Shown here one piece after another: positions 34,955 to 47,463 of a DNA stretch of 64,000 nucleotides. The notes under the pieces are model-generated. The model saw only the letters and a program-made list of their open reading frames with translations, ran no database searches and was not told the DNA's origin. Numbering within the stretch: the first letter of the stretch is position 1; every line of letters begins with the position of its first letter. Source of the stretch: Eledone cirrhosa (taxonomy: Eukaryota); assembly GCA_964016885.1 (NCBI GenBank), contig OZ024741.1, positions 284,270,001 through 284,334,000 of the forward strand. Direction: 5' to 3'. The translations under genes and the position numbers were made by a program.

Positions 34955-37900
34955 ATATATTAATAAATGGAAACTATATTTATAAAACCATAATTATTTT
35001 ATTATATATATTTCAAGGGCAACCAAGGTAGATTATGGTGCGCTTTCATCAGATAAAATACAGATTTGTTTTTTAAATAAATATTGATATAACCGGAAAA
35101 AAGACAACTTTAACGGTTGAAATTCGCTGGATAGTGGAGATAATTGAGGGTGATGTGAGTATGCAAATGAGTGTCGGAAAAATTGAAAAAAAACAACGCT
35201 TTGTTTAAATTAAACTGTTGGAAGAAAATAGATGTAAAAGGGAGAGACACAAGATAGATGTAAAAGAGGGAGAGACAAAAAATTGAGAGGGAGAGAGATA
35301 AAGAGAATAAAAAAGTTGAGAGGGAGAGAGATAGAGAGAAAAAATATATTGAAAGTGAGGGAGATAGAATAGTGAGATGGGAGAGAGAAGAGAATAGAAA
35401 GAGAAAGAGAGAGAGATAGAAGAAAAAAGAGAAAAGATATAATATTGAGAGAGAGTGAAGGAAAGAACAAATATTTGAGATGGAGAGAGAAAGAAAAAAG
35501 TATTGAGAGGGAGAGAGAACAAATGTTGAAAAAAATACTGAAAAAAGAGGGAGAAAGAGTAGTGAGAGGGAGGGAGAAGAAAGAGAAAGAGAAAGATGGG
35601 CGAAGTGAGTGAAGAAATAAATTTATATAGATGAGTAGTCAGAATGTAAATATATTATTTCTTTATGTTGTGTTTATATTACTTATAAAGGTAAAGTTAA
35701 AAAATTAAATTAAATTATTGATAAGAAAACTTTACAAAAGAGTATTGTTATAATTTAGTTAAAAATTTAACCAGAATTTTAATCAAAATTTAATTAGAAT
35801 TTAATTAAAATTTAATTAATTACAATAAAATATATTACAAAAAGAAGTATTTAAAATTTATTAAGATGTATTAATACTATATAGGTTTAGATGGGTATTT
35901 TATGTTATAGGTTATAAATTATTTGAATGTATAGTATTTTGCATTGGAAAAAACAAGTATAGTTTAATTGATTAAAGTAAGTTTGGAAAAATTATATTTA
36001 GCCAGAGTTTATTAATAGTAGTAAGTTAAATCTTGAACATCAAATATTTATGAAGATATACGAGAGTTTAGAAAGGAAAAATTATTTACTTAGGAGTATA
36101 TATTAAAACAATTTACAATTTCGACTATAAATTAAGACTATAAAGATTGAGATTATAAAAGCAATAAGGAAGTTTAAAGGAAGTTAAAAAGGGAATTTTT
36201 AAAACCCAAATGATTCAAGAATAGATAAAAATCACTACGAAAGTTATAAGAAGTTATAAAAAATTATAAAAATTCATCTTAAAATATAAAACATAATTAT
36301 TGTACATATATATACAAATAATATAAATGACTGGATATATATGAAAATACATAAGTATTAAAAATAATTGGATATATAAGAAAATACATAAGTATTAAAC
36401 ATGTTTAGAATATGTAGGGGTAATGGAAGATATGAAAATAGTGTATTTTCATATCTTTCAAAAGAACCTTTCAGAAATGTAATCAAAAGTTTTACAAAAC
36501 TTTCCAGGAGGTGTTTCGAAGGAATTTTTAGAATTTTTCGGAATATTTTCATAAAAGAATTTCTGGAGAGTGTGATAAAATAAGTATTAGAAAGTAAAGG
36601 TTTTAAGGAGTAAATTAAAATTAAAATTAAAATTAATAAGTGTACTTTATATATTTAGGAAGGTTAGAATGATATTGATATATATAATCTGAGGGAAGAG
36701 ATTAAAGGTGTTTGGATGGAAAAAACACTTTATATATATATATCAAAAAGTTGAGTTTAACCGATGTTTACAAGAACTAAATAAATTTTTCCGAAAATTT
36801 ACAGAGTTCTTATATTTTAGTATAAAGAATATTTCCTCTATACAAAGGCTACAAAATTTAGATAGAGCTGTGTAGCATGGTGCTTTGGAGACAATTTTCT
36901 AAGATAAAGAGTAGTTTATATTCTTGGATTTTAAAGTCCATAATAATTTGGATAGAGAAGTTGAAGATTTCTTGGTAATATTCAAAAAGGAACATTTATG
37001 GTAATTGAAACGAGATTTGAAGTCTGTCGAAGTAGAGCCGACATAGTTGAAGGAATTATCTTTGGTTTTGACATTACAATTGTATACTATATTTTTAACT
37101 AGACAGTTATTATTTAGAGGACAGTTAGATTTATTTCTACAATTACATTTATCTGAATTTATATTATTGGGAGCCGTAACATTATATTGGATGTTGCTAG
37201 GGGTATTAATGCTATTCTGGTTAGGTTTTAAGTTTCTATTATTAATTCTATTAATATTCTGCGGTAAATTCATAGTGGTAGAGTATGATAATTTAATAGT
37301 ATGTCTATTAAAGATTGAGTAATACCTGTGCGTTTTGGGAAAACAATTATCCAAAGCTTTAAAAAATAGTTTAGCTATTGGAGTTTTAATACTTAATGAG
37401 AAAGGGGGAGCGAACCATAATATATTTCTAGTTCTATTTCTTCTTTTTATTTTCGAGTTAGTGCAAGGTTTCCTATTATAATTATAATTATAGTTATGGT
37501 TAATTGGCACATCCTTATTATCAATATATTTAATTTCATTATTATAGCCTGCTCTACTTAAAGCTTCGTTATAATATTGTGCCTTATCTTCAAATATGTT
37601 TTTATTCGCTGAGATTCTAGAAATACGTTGCTGCACAGAATTTACAATAGTGTTTTTAACGGATCTCGGGTGGTTGGAATTAAAGTTAACATAGTTTAAA
37701 TTCTCATTGATTTTATGAAAAGAATAATAAAGCCCAGTATTAAGGTTTAAAGTTGCATCTAAAAAGTTAACTATTTTATAATTATTCTCTACTTCTACTT
37801 TAAGATTAAGGTTATTAAAAAATTGTATAATTACTTTTCTTTTTCTGTAAAATTTGTATAATTCTATAAAAATTGTATAATTACTTTTCTTTTCTTATTA

Positions 37901-37990
37901 ATATATTGTATATTTACTCCACTACCTTGTTGAGTGCTTTATATCAGTTATAAAAATATTTAAGCTTGTTGAATCCCAACAAATTAAATA
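34955..37990 (-). mobile_element. Penelope-like element (family 1), 5'-truncated, with long AT-rich 3' region
   Basis: ORF 36899-37636 (CNCRNKSNCPLNNNCL..NIVY.C..YVGST..FKSR) continuing after a stop to ~36750; a hammerhead at the 3' end; ends shared with 51760-54890. Confidence 0.88.
34995..35060 (-). ncRNA. Type I hammerhead ribozyme motif
   Basis: tattttat-CTGATGA-aagcgcacca...tggttgccctt-GAAA-tatata-TA-ataaaata. Confidence 0.85.
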
Positions 37991-38021
37991 TGACCTCTGC
38001 ATATATATATATATATATATA

Positions 38022-38868
38022 TTGTTATGCTTTGGGAGGGTCATGTTGCCAATAAGAAACACACGCACCAGTTGCTTTCACTTCAATTTATTATAAATTA
38101 AAGAATTTATAAATTTCCGGTTGGTTGGTTGGTTCCACAACCAGACGATTGTTCATATATTGTCAAAGTTCTTTCGTCACACATTCTGTGACCTCTTCAG
38201 TGACTGGGGATTCTTTTCTTTGTTTTGTGCCTCTCCTTTGTTCTGTCCTACGCCATCTTGTTTTTGTGTGTGTTGTGTGCTTAGTTTGCGCATGTGTTAC
38301 ATCCGGGTGTCTGTGTGTGTTTTTATTTGTTTATTTATTTTTTATTTACATGTTACTGGTTGGTTGTTTGTTCTATGTGTGTGTGTGTGTGTTTTCATTT
38401 TGTCCTTAATTGTAAGTTATGATGTTGCTATTCCATTCATGTTTTCTATTTAATTTTGGTTGGAGTTCATTTATGTTTATTGCCTCTGTGATTTGTCTAA
38501 ACATTGCGTCTTTTCTGTGTGTAGATTCTATTTTTATTTCTATGTTCTCTAATTTACCCTTATGTTCTATTTTAGCATGTTTGTGGAATATTGATGATTC
38601 TTTTTTTATCTTGAAGTTCTCGCCAGTGTTCATTTAACCGTTCTCCTATACTACGAGCTGTCTCACCTATGTACACTATATTCTTATCTTTACATTGTCC
38701 TTCAGTACATCTTATGCTATATACTACATTTCTAGTTTTACAGTTAATATGGGGGCTTAGTTTACAGATTATGCATTTCTCATCTATACAGGGAGGTCTT
38801 TGAAAAGGGTATGTATTGCTAATAAGTGTTTTTATGGAGGTACCTGGTCTTTCTACTATCTTAATATT
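38022..38868 (-). mobile_element. Penelope family 2 3' fragment (GIY-YIG + 3' tail)
   Basis: Reverse complement of 39277-40110 and homologous to 24910-25245. Confidence 0.9.
38162..38204 (-). ncRNA. Minimal type I hammerhead motif (copy with TTGAAGA core at 39920-39962, plus strand)
   Basis: gtca-CTGAAGA-g-gtcaca gaatg tgtgac-GAAA-gaac-TT-tgac. Confidence 0.75.
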
Positions 38869-38870
38869 AC

Positions 38871-38934
<64 letters not shown>

Positions 38935-39067
38935 GTGAGGTTTCTTTTACAAAATGAAAAATAACGGAGGTGTCCTACACGAGTGAAAGTATAAAGAAAA
39001 AAAGATGAAATCGAAAATGCAACTGGAGTCTTATTTTTAAAAATATATATATATATTTATTTGGTTC

Positions 39068-39103
39068 CTTTACCGGTTTCGCAGTTCTTCTGCTTTTCAA
39101 AAG
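39068..39103 (-). ncRNA. Minimal hammerhead motif with U3-A8 core variant
   Basis: ctt-TTGAAAA-gcag aagaa ctgc-GAAA-ccgg-TA-aag; palindromic stem III. Confidence 0.65.
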
Positions 39104-39124
39104 TAGAGTTGAGATGGAGGGTCT

Positions 39125-39215
<91 letters not shown>

Positions 39216-39218
<3 letters not shown>

Positions 39219-39278
39219 GGTTTAGTGATTAGAGCATTGGCCTTGCAATCGAAAGGTTGTGAGTTCAATTCTCAGACC
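39216..39278 (+). mobile_element. tRNA-like SINE head
   Basis: A-box-like tggtttagtgattag and B-box-like gagttcaattc with tRNA spacing; no proper acceptor or anticodon stems. Confidence 0.6.
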
Positions 39279-40170
39279 ATAAAAACACTTATTAGCAATA
39301 CATACCCTTTTCAAAGACCTCCTTGTATAGATAAGAAATGTATAATCTGTAAATTAAGCCCCCATATTAACTGTAAAACTAGAAATGTAGTATATAGCAT
39401 AAGATGTACTGAAGGACAATGTAGAGATAAGAATATAGTGTACATAGGTGAGACAGCTCGTAGTATAGGGGAACGGATAAATGAACACTGGCGAGAACTT
39501 CAAGATAGTAAAGAATCATCTGTACTCCACCAATATGCTAAAATAGAACATAAGGGTAAATTAGAGAACATAGAAATAAAAATAGAATCTACACACAGAA
39601 AAGACGCAATGTTTAGACAAATCACAGAGGTAATAAACATAAATGAACTCCAACCAAAATTAAATAGAAAACATGAATGGAATAACAACATCACAACTTA
39701 CAATTAAGGACAAAATGAAAACACACACATAGAACAAACAACCAACCAGTAACATGTAAATAAACAGTAACATGTAAATAAACAAATAAATAAACAAATA
39801 TAAACACACACAGACACCCGGTTTAAGCACACAACAAACTAAGCACACAACACACACAAAAACAAGATGGCGCAGGACAGAACAAAGGAGAGGCACAAAA
39901 ACAAAGAAAAGAATCCCCAGTCATTGAAGAGGTCACAGAATGTGTGACGAAAGAACTTTGACAATATATGAACAATCATCTGGTTGTGGAACCAACCAAC
40001 CAACCGGAAATTTATAAATTCCTAAATTTATACATTTAATTTATAAATTGAAGTGAAAGCAACTGGTGCGTGTGTTTCTTATTGGCAACATGACCCTCCC
40101 AAAGTATAACAATATCGGGTTCAACACACGTTTTCAGATAAAGAATCTTGCTAAACAAATTCAGAAACGA
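39277..40170 (+). mobile_element. Penelope family 2 3' fragment (GIY-YIG + 3' tail)
   Basis: ORF to 39707: C.DKKCIIC..NCKTRNVVYSIRC..YIGETAR..RQITE..I....PKLN.K.EW. Confidence 0.9.
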
Positions 40171-40417
40171 AATATATATATATATATATATATGCGCGCG
40201 CGCGCGCGTGTGTGTGTGTATATGTATATATGCGTATATCCTCATGGTATTTTGACACATTTAATTTTTGGACGCACATGCATGTGTGTCTGTATGTACT
40301 TACACACACACACACACACACACGCACACACATATATGCACACACACAATATAAATTTGAAAATAACCCCTGTCCACAATTCAGATAATCGATATTATAA
40401 TTGTTTCTACTTTAGGC

Positions 40418-40780
40418 ACTATATTATAATAAGAGCGCTATCTGTCTATCTGTGCACCCGTCCGTCTGTCCCTCCCTCCATCATGCTCACTTTATTTAGA
40501 GAGGCGAGCACCAGGCGAGAGATATGTTATGGTGTTGCCCTCATCTATATAGAAAAAGGGAGTGTGCCAAGCAAAAGAGATATACATAAATAGAGAGGGA
40601 AAAGGAGAGAGAGAGAGAGTGAGAGAGAAAGAGAATGAGAGAGAAAGAGAGAGTGAGAGAGAGAGAGTGCGTGTGACAGAAAGAGAGAGAAGAAGTCGCC
40701 CTCATTTAGTTTTAATAATAGTTGAATAAATTGAGTAAAGTATCCCTAGCGATGGAAAAATATGGACAGGGATTATAGTT
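40418..40780 (+). mobile_element. Possible non-autonomous Helitron
   Basis: Starts actatattataataagag(tctg)n and ends with atccct...agggat-tatag|t; weak. Confidence 0.3.
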
Positions 40781-41151
40781 ATTGTAGTAACTATATTTTC
40801 AAATATATACACACACACAAATATATATATATTCAGTTACAACATAAATAACTACCAAGTTGTGTTTAAAACATTTAAAAGCTTACAGTCGTTTCATCCA
40901 GATATAAGTCTGAGAGATTCGGAGCATATAAAGGTTAAAACAAATATATTCCTATTCACTTGAACATTTAGCAGGATACACTATAGGTGAGAAGACTAAG
41001 TATAAATATTAACATCAATATATTATAGAGTAAGAGCATAAAAATTGAACAGACATAAACATTTTAATGAAAAATTATAATGAAAAATCATAATAAAGCT
41101 ATAACATAAATAATGGGAGGTATATGTTATATATAAGGATATGGTTATTAA

Positions 41152-41369
41152 CCCTTTAGCATTTACATTATTCTATATTTATTATTGTATTTTCACACTA
41201 AAGGCGTTATCTTACATAATTATCTCAAATAATATCGAATCTACGTGATTTTGATGTTATTTATTTGGAGAATACCTTAATGTAGGTATGAGCAGCCAGT
41301 TTCAGCCAGTTTGAACAGAAGGAGGTGAGAGAGTTCTGGCCAGATATGGCCGGTTTAAATGCTAAAGGG
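41152..41369. mobile_element. piggyBac-type MITE (218 bp)
   Basis: TTAA|ccctttagcattta ... taaatgctaaaggg|TTAA: 14 bp perfect TIRs with TTAA duplication. Confidence 0.85.
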
Positions 41370-41654
41370 TTAATTATAGCAAAAAAATTATAACAACAAT
41401 ATTATAGCAAAAATATTAATTACAATGTTTTTTTGGTTAGATTTTGTTTATTTCATTTTCTTATTTGTTTAAAACATTGATCCATATTTATTCTACAGGT
41501 CAGATGATGACAACTTAGAGAAGATAACAAAGGTACATTAGCCTGCATGTTTACACACGTATATCTCTCTCACATTCTATTTCTCTCACTTTCTCTCTCT
41601 TTGTATTTGTTTTTCCATGCATGTTTGCACATGCCTAGAAATGTATATACATGG

Positions 41655-41805
41655 ATATTGGAAGAGTGATTAGAAGGGTGGATAGAATGCTTCATGGTAT
41701 TAATTTCGGTTCTCTGCTCACTGAGTTCAAATCTTGCTGAGGTCAACTTTGCCTTTCATCCTTTCGAGGTCAATAAAAAAAAGTACCAGTCAAGTACTGG
41801 GGTCA
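41655..41805 (+). mobile_element. Diverged SINE copy
   Basis: gagttcaaatc..gaggtcaactttgcctttcatcctttcgaggtcaataaa..gtaccag core. Confidence 0.8.
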
Positions 41806-41993
41806 ATTCTTCCTCTATATCTCTTTCTCATTTCCTCCCTACCACTCTCTGTTCTTCTCTCCTTCTCTGAATACAGCAGATTTCTTCCAGAGGAGATGGC
41901 CTCTGCCAGGTTTAAAAATGCCCAAGAAACACTGTATGTCAATACAGCGCCCCTATGACTCCCTCAGGAGTTACAGACCCCCCCCCACACGCG

Positions 41994-42026
<33 letters not shown>

Positions 42027-43259
42027 CATCAACATCATCATCATTTAATGTCCATTTTACATACTTGTATGGTTAAGATAAGTTATGTTATGATGCTAGC
42101 CAAATCAGGTGCCCACGTCTTGCTCATACAGATCTGTTTGGGGCTTGGTTTTCTATGCTGGATGCCCTTCCTAACACCAACTACATTATATTATGTCTTG
42201 AAACTTTTTCTCGTGGAACCATCACTGCCACTTTACAAGGTGGACTGAGTTCTTTTTGCTATTGTGGCACTTGCCCTTGTGGAAGAGCCAGTGAGGAGCA
42301 TGACCAGCTTTCCATTCATGCCTGCATGGGTTGAATGGGAAAGGTCAATCAAAGGTCTGTGTGGGAGGTGAGTACATTGATCGAGGAAAGGTGTATCAGG
42401 GTTGTGAAGGTGGGGGAGTATATTGGCATAGTCATTAGATATCTATATCCCCCAGGGCTGGACAGAAGACCATGTCTAGTTCATGGGATCTTTGTATATT
42501 AGTATGGGTTGGACTGGGTAGGAGGGGGTGGGTGAATGTGGTGTTTTATGGGGGTGGAGTAAGGGATGGCTTTTCGTGCTGGAAGGAGCTAGATAAAGGG
42601 AGGGGGAGGGCTGTTATTTCATGGTGGGGGGAGGGGTTGTTGGATGTGCAAGGTGGAGTGGAGATGGTGGGAATAAGTGGAGAAGGTCTAAGCTGGGGGA
42701 CTTAGGTTGGGGAATGGGTGCGTGTTTGAAGTAAAGTATATTTGTTGTGGTAAATTCAGAGATTAAGTAAACACAAGTACCAAAATACTAGTTTAATAAA
42801 TAGCTTTACTTCACTTCACAAAAGATACAATTCATAATGTTCAACATGATAAAATTGTTCAATCAGTCTCTGTACACGTGGAGTGTTCACTTCTGTATCA
42901 TTGGGATGAATCCCTTTATAAAGTGCAAGGCTTAGTCAAAACAGTGCATGTGTCAGCAAAATCAGCAGCAGCCGAATCTTTTGCATAACGAGAGGACAGG
43001 TGAGATGTTGCACATGGATCAGGCCAAAATCCGAACTATTCTTTTAAATGATGGTTTGTTACAACTATCTAATTTGACTCTGCGATTCTTCCAAAGGTGA
43101 AAGTAATGTCTCCAATGTCATAGGTCAGTGTTCTGGTTGTCATAGGCTTCGGAAAATCAACTGTGGGGAAAATTTTCCTCCCTACATCTTAAGTTGTGGT
43201 TATGTATGAAGGACATTGGTGCAGATTTTTCTCTTCAAATTTGTTTCATCCTGTATGCA

Positions 43260-43660
43260 TGATGAGGTGGGTCTTATGCAGTATAGCATACCACCAGATA
43301 ACTCGATTCTTTGAGAGGTTTAATTATGTGAGGTCAACTTTTACCACATCATCCGAACATTTCCTTGGTCTTCCTTTACCATAGATTTTGACAACTTCTA
43401 GTATCCTACACCTTTTTAAGCAGTTGTCATCCTCCATACACATCACATTCCACACCACCATAGTCTTCTCTCTTGCACACTGCATTTGATATCTCTATCA
43501 TACACATACACACACATATATATAATCTAGACAGTCAGACGGACTAAAAGATATAATTTCTATGAATCACGAATGCACATGACCTCCCAAATAATCAATG
43601 GGGACTTCATAATCATTGCTGGTGACTTTAATGGGCATGTTGGGCAATTCTGTGACGACT
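43260..43660. mobile_element. RTE-type LINE remnants
   Basis: Minus-strand 3' fragment (RW..H..RM.D....K....GKGRPRK.) and plus-strand IIAGDFNGHVG. Confidence 0.6.
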
Positions 43661-43704
43661 TCTTTCACTCTCCCTGTAAGTCTGGAAGCAACAACTAAGT
43701 TCAG

Positions 43705-43830
43705 ACCTGGTAGTTTATTATCAAGCTCAAAAGGATGAAAGGCAAAGTAGACTTCAGCAGGATTTGAAGTCAGAGCACAGAGAGCTGGAATGAATACCAC
43801 AAGGCATCCTATCCAATGGTCTAATGACTC
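43705..43830 (-). mobile_element. Diverged SINE copy
   Basis: aaggatgaaaggcaaagt..gatttgaa.tcag core. Confidence 0.7.
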
Positions 43831-44885
43831 TGTTATTTTGACACCTTTAATCTAGTTCTAGATGTAAAAAATTACTGGAAGACACTTGATGGTTTGTAGG
43901 ACTTCAGACCGGTCATAACTGGAAGACTCTTGATGGTTGTAGGACTTCTAGTTCAGGAACAACATAACAACAACAAAGGATTTTATTAGTTGCTCTAGCA
44001 AATAAACCTTTTTTTAAAAATAAAAGTAACATTGATTCTCTTGCCCTACGCTTCACCATTACCACCCCTTCTCTGCACCAAGTCTTCTCCACCCCACCCT
44101 CTCCTTCTCCCTTTCTCAATGTTCACCACCACAAATCTTCTCTGGTCGAGTCTTCTTCTGCATTCATCTTTATTCTTCTTATTAACAACTTGCTGTCTCC
44201 ATTGCCAACCAAAAGATATCACTGTTCTGCTGCTGATGACCAATAGCCAGCTATAATCAATACGTACATTCAATTGAATTTTCAAAGCAGTTGTCCACGG
44301 CTGACTAATTATAAAAGTGGTTTAAACTGAAATGAAGTTAACCAGCACTTCCATTCGTAGGTGTATATATGTATGTATGTAAGTAAGGGCAGAAGAACTT
44401 AAAAGAGTCAATGAACATCCAAAAATGTGTATCTACATGTGTATATATGTATGTATGCATGTATATATGTGTATGCATATGTATGTATATGCATGGGGAC
44501 AAATAATCGAGCTGGATACTCGATTGCGCGGTTAAACCAGTGGGAGTGAAGGACTCCTAGCCTTTGTCAGGACATTCTTCTAGGAGAAGGCAACTCAGGA
44601 AACTGGGATAACTCCAATATAAAACATACGGCTCAGTAATTGATGTTTTCTTCTTTTCGAGTTATAGCTACTGTCGCTCAGAGAGTGGAATTGGCTCAGT
44701 GCACAGTCTTTCCTCATTTAAAAAAAAATATTCACGCACAGGCATTGATAACTATTAATAATGTTATATCGTGTAATGGCCTTACTCGATAACGAGGGGG
44801 CTGTCATTATGCATGCATGCATGTATGTATGTGTGTATGTGTGCATGTATGTATGTCATGTATGTATGTATGAATATATGTCTCG

Positions 44886-45285
44886 AGTGCTAGTGGTAAC
44901 ATGTAACCCAGTAAAACCTGTCTCATGGTCGGGTCGTCGGTGACTAAACCGGCAACCCCACCAAGCTTGCTTGGTGAGGAGGGTGATATTTGGACACCCT
45001 GCGGGATGAAATACAAGACCCGGCAAAGGGCGGAGGAACTCAGCAGAGTCAACGACCATCCAAATAGTACTTTTGTTTTTCATCTGGGAGTGAAAGGCTC
45101 CCAGCTGTTGTCACAACACCTTTCTAGGAGAGGGAAACTCTAAAAAAAAAATCTGCGGCTTCAGAAGCATCCAATGATGTTGACCAGTTCTTCTTTTCGG
45201 GTAATGATTTTGATGCTCAGAGAGTGGGATTGGTCGAGTGCAAGGCCTTTCCCTACTTAAAAAACCTTCAAAGCACAGGCATTGT
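44886..45285 (+). repeat. Dispersed GC-richer repeat, probably a LINE 5' UTR (related copies ~44490-44750 and 56115-56250)
   Basis: Shared blocks tgatgtt..ttcttttcg, agagagtgg..ttggc, aaaa..gcacaggcattg in three places, each next to (TATG)n. Confidence 0.55.
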
Positions 45286-45997
45286 TTGTTCAGGATATGT
45301 TACAGGTTCGTATGGCTGACCGTTGCCTAAAAGTGCACCAAACTCTATAATCTGACAAGCAATTGCAGTACTCTTAACAGAGTTTACAGCCATCATGTAT
45401 GTATGTATGTATGTATGTATGTATGTATGTATGTATGTATGTATGTATGTATGTATGTATGTATGTATGTATGTATGTACGTACGTATGTATAAGTAACT
45501 ACTAACCTTTTCTGAGTTTAGAAGAAAAAAATGGAAGGAGCCGATTATCAGATTGAAACAAGGAAACTAAGTTTTCATTGGTCTTTCCATTGTTGATGCT
45601 GTCTGCCAGACTAATGGAAACTATGCTTCCATTAGTCTTTTTATTGTTGATACCATCTGCCGGACCATGAAATAAAGTATTTGGCTAAAGAGCACAGCGT
45701 AATGCTCAATCCAGGAATCAAACCGATGACCTCAGAAACAATAAGCCATGAGTTTAGTTTTACCATCAAAATTCTGAAAAATATGACAATATTCCAATAG
45801 AGATCTTGAAGAAGGGTTGGTTGGTATCTCTACACAAGAGAGTTTTGTTGCTACAGCATGAAAGTATGGAACAAGGCGTATATGGTCCAGTATAGGAAGG
45901 ATGCTAACAGCATTGTCGCCATCTACAAAATCAAGGGAGACAAATGTGTTTGCTCCAATAGCAATCCAGTCCATTGCTGGTAATATCCTGGCAAAGA

Positions 45998-46212
45998 TAA
46001 TTGTTTCTATGTTTGGCACAAAGCCAGCAATTTGAAGGAAAGGGAAAAGTAAATTAAATTGACCCAGTGTGTTACTGGCACTTTATTTTATCAAACCCGT
46101 AAGGATGAAAGGCAAAGCTAACTTCAGTGAGCTTTGACTCAAAATGTAAAGGGCCATAACTATATTCCAGAGAGCATGTTGTCCGATGTTCTGCCATTAC
46201 TACCAATCTACT
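45998..46212 (-). mobile_element. SINE copy
   Basis: taattgtttcta..ggcaca.agccagcaatt tail and aaggatgaaaggcaaag core. Confidence 0.85.
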
Positions 46213-47384
46213 GTTCTTCCTGGTTGAGATAATACTTAAAAACTAATCTAATCAATACCAGAAAGCATGAGTGACAGTGCAGTTTATGTCAGGACTATGG
46301 TACAGTTGACATGATTTTTGTTATGAGGCATCTTCACAAGAAATGCCTGAAACAACATCAAGACTAGTTTATTGCATTTTGACTCGAAAAACAAGGACAT
46401 TCTCTTGTGAGAGGTTCTCAGAAAGATTGGTTGCCCACACAAATTCTTGAATCTCCTCTCTCAGTTTCACATAGGGAGAATGTCTTATTAAAGCGCATAA
46501 AGTTGAATCTCTTGTGTAAAGTTGTATGTTGGCTCTTGTACTGTTTGGTAACTTCCTCATCTGCATTACTAGGATATTTCAAGGGAGGATGAAACGGTTA
46601 AAGGCTCACATTATGACAGGTCGAAGGCTGAAGACCACCACTAAGATATATGTAAGGCTACAAGCAACCACTATGGGTAGATCCAAGGCTACAGATCACC
46701 ACTAAGATATATCCAAGAATACAGGTATCTAAAACTACAGACAGATGAAAAGCGCCAAGTCCATACTGTAAGGTGGTAGTACAGATGCCATGACAAAAAG
46801 CACCCAGTTAAGCCTGTGAAGCGATCATGTTGTTGCTATGACAAAGCACCCCAGCTCACCCTGTAAGATGGTAGTGTTGGTACCATGAAAAAAATGCTGT
46901 AACGTGGTTGACATTAGGAAGGGCATCCCACTATAGAGAATTATGCCTAAAATGGATCATATGAGTAAGATGTCACCAGACCAGTCTAGCCTCATAATAT
47001 GACAGCTCTTCTAACCCATGTAAGTATGGAAAAAAACAGACATTAGATGATGGTGATATTGATGGAATCCTTCATTGACCCAATGTTAGCTAGCACTGAA
47101 TCAACATTATACAGGCATCAACTGAGATAGTACAGGCATGAGGTGCACATGTATGACATATATCATGGCTGAAGGATCTTATATAGTTAACTACACTATG
47201 GTTGGTGCCTGGCTAGAGGACAAAAGAAGCTGCTAAAAGACCATCTAAAGATTATTTTGACAAGGGGCATCATCAACTCTTTAAACAAGAAAAGCATTGC
47301 TGCTCACCACTCTCCTTTGTGGTCACAACACAATCTTCATTGTTATTTCAGCAATTAGGCATCTTTCAGCTTTGTATTATACAA

Positions 47385-47463
47385 TACGGTAGAGGGTCAA
47401 ACATGCTTTCCAGCATAGTTACGTCCCTTTACGATCTAAGTTCAAATCCCACCGAGGTTAACC
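47385..47463 (+). mobile_element. 5' half of a SINE, directly joined to a Penelope fragment
   Basis: cggtagagggtc..catgctttccagcatagttacgtccctttacgatct.agttcaaatccc.ccgaggttaac matches 54230-54310; no 3' half follows. Confidence 0.85.

Noticed and set aside
39216-39278. Possible tRNA gene
   Set aside because: No acceptor stem, mismatched anticodon stem, and no terminator; consistent with a SINE head.
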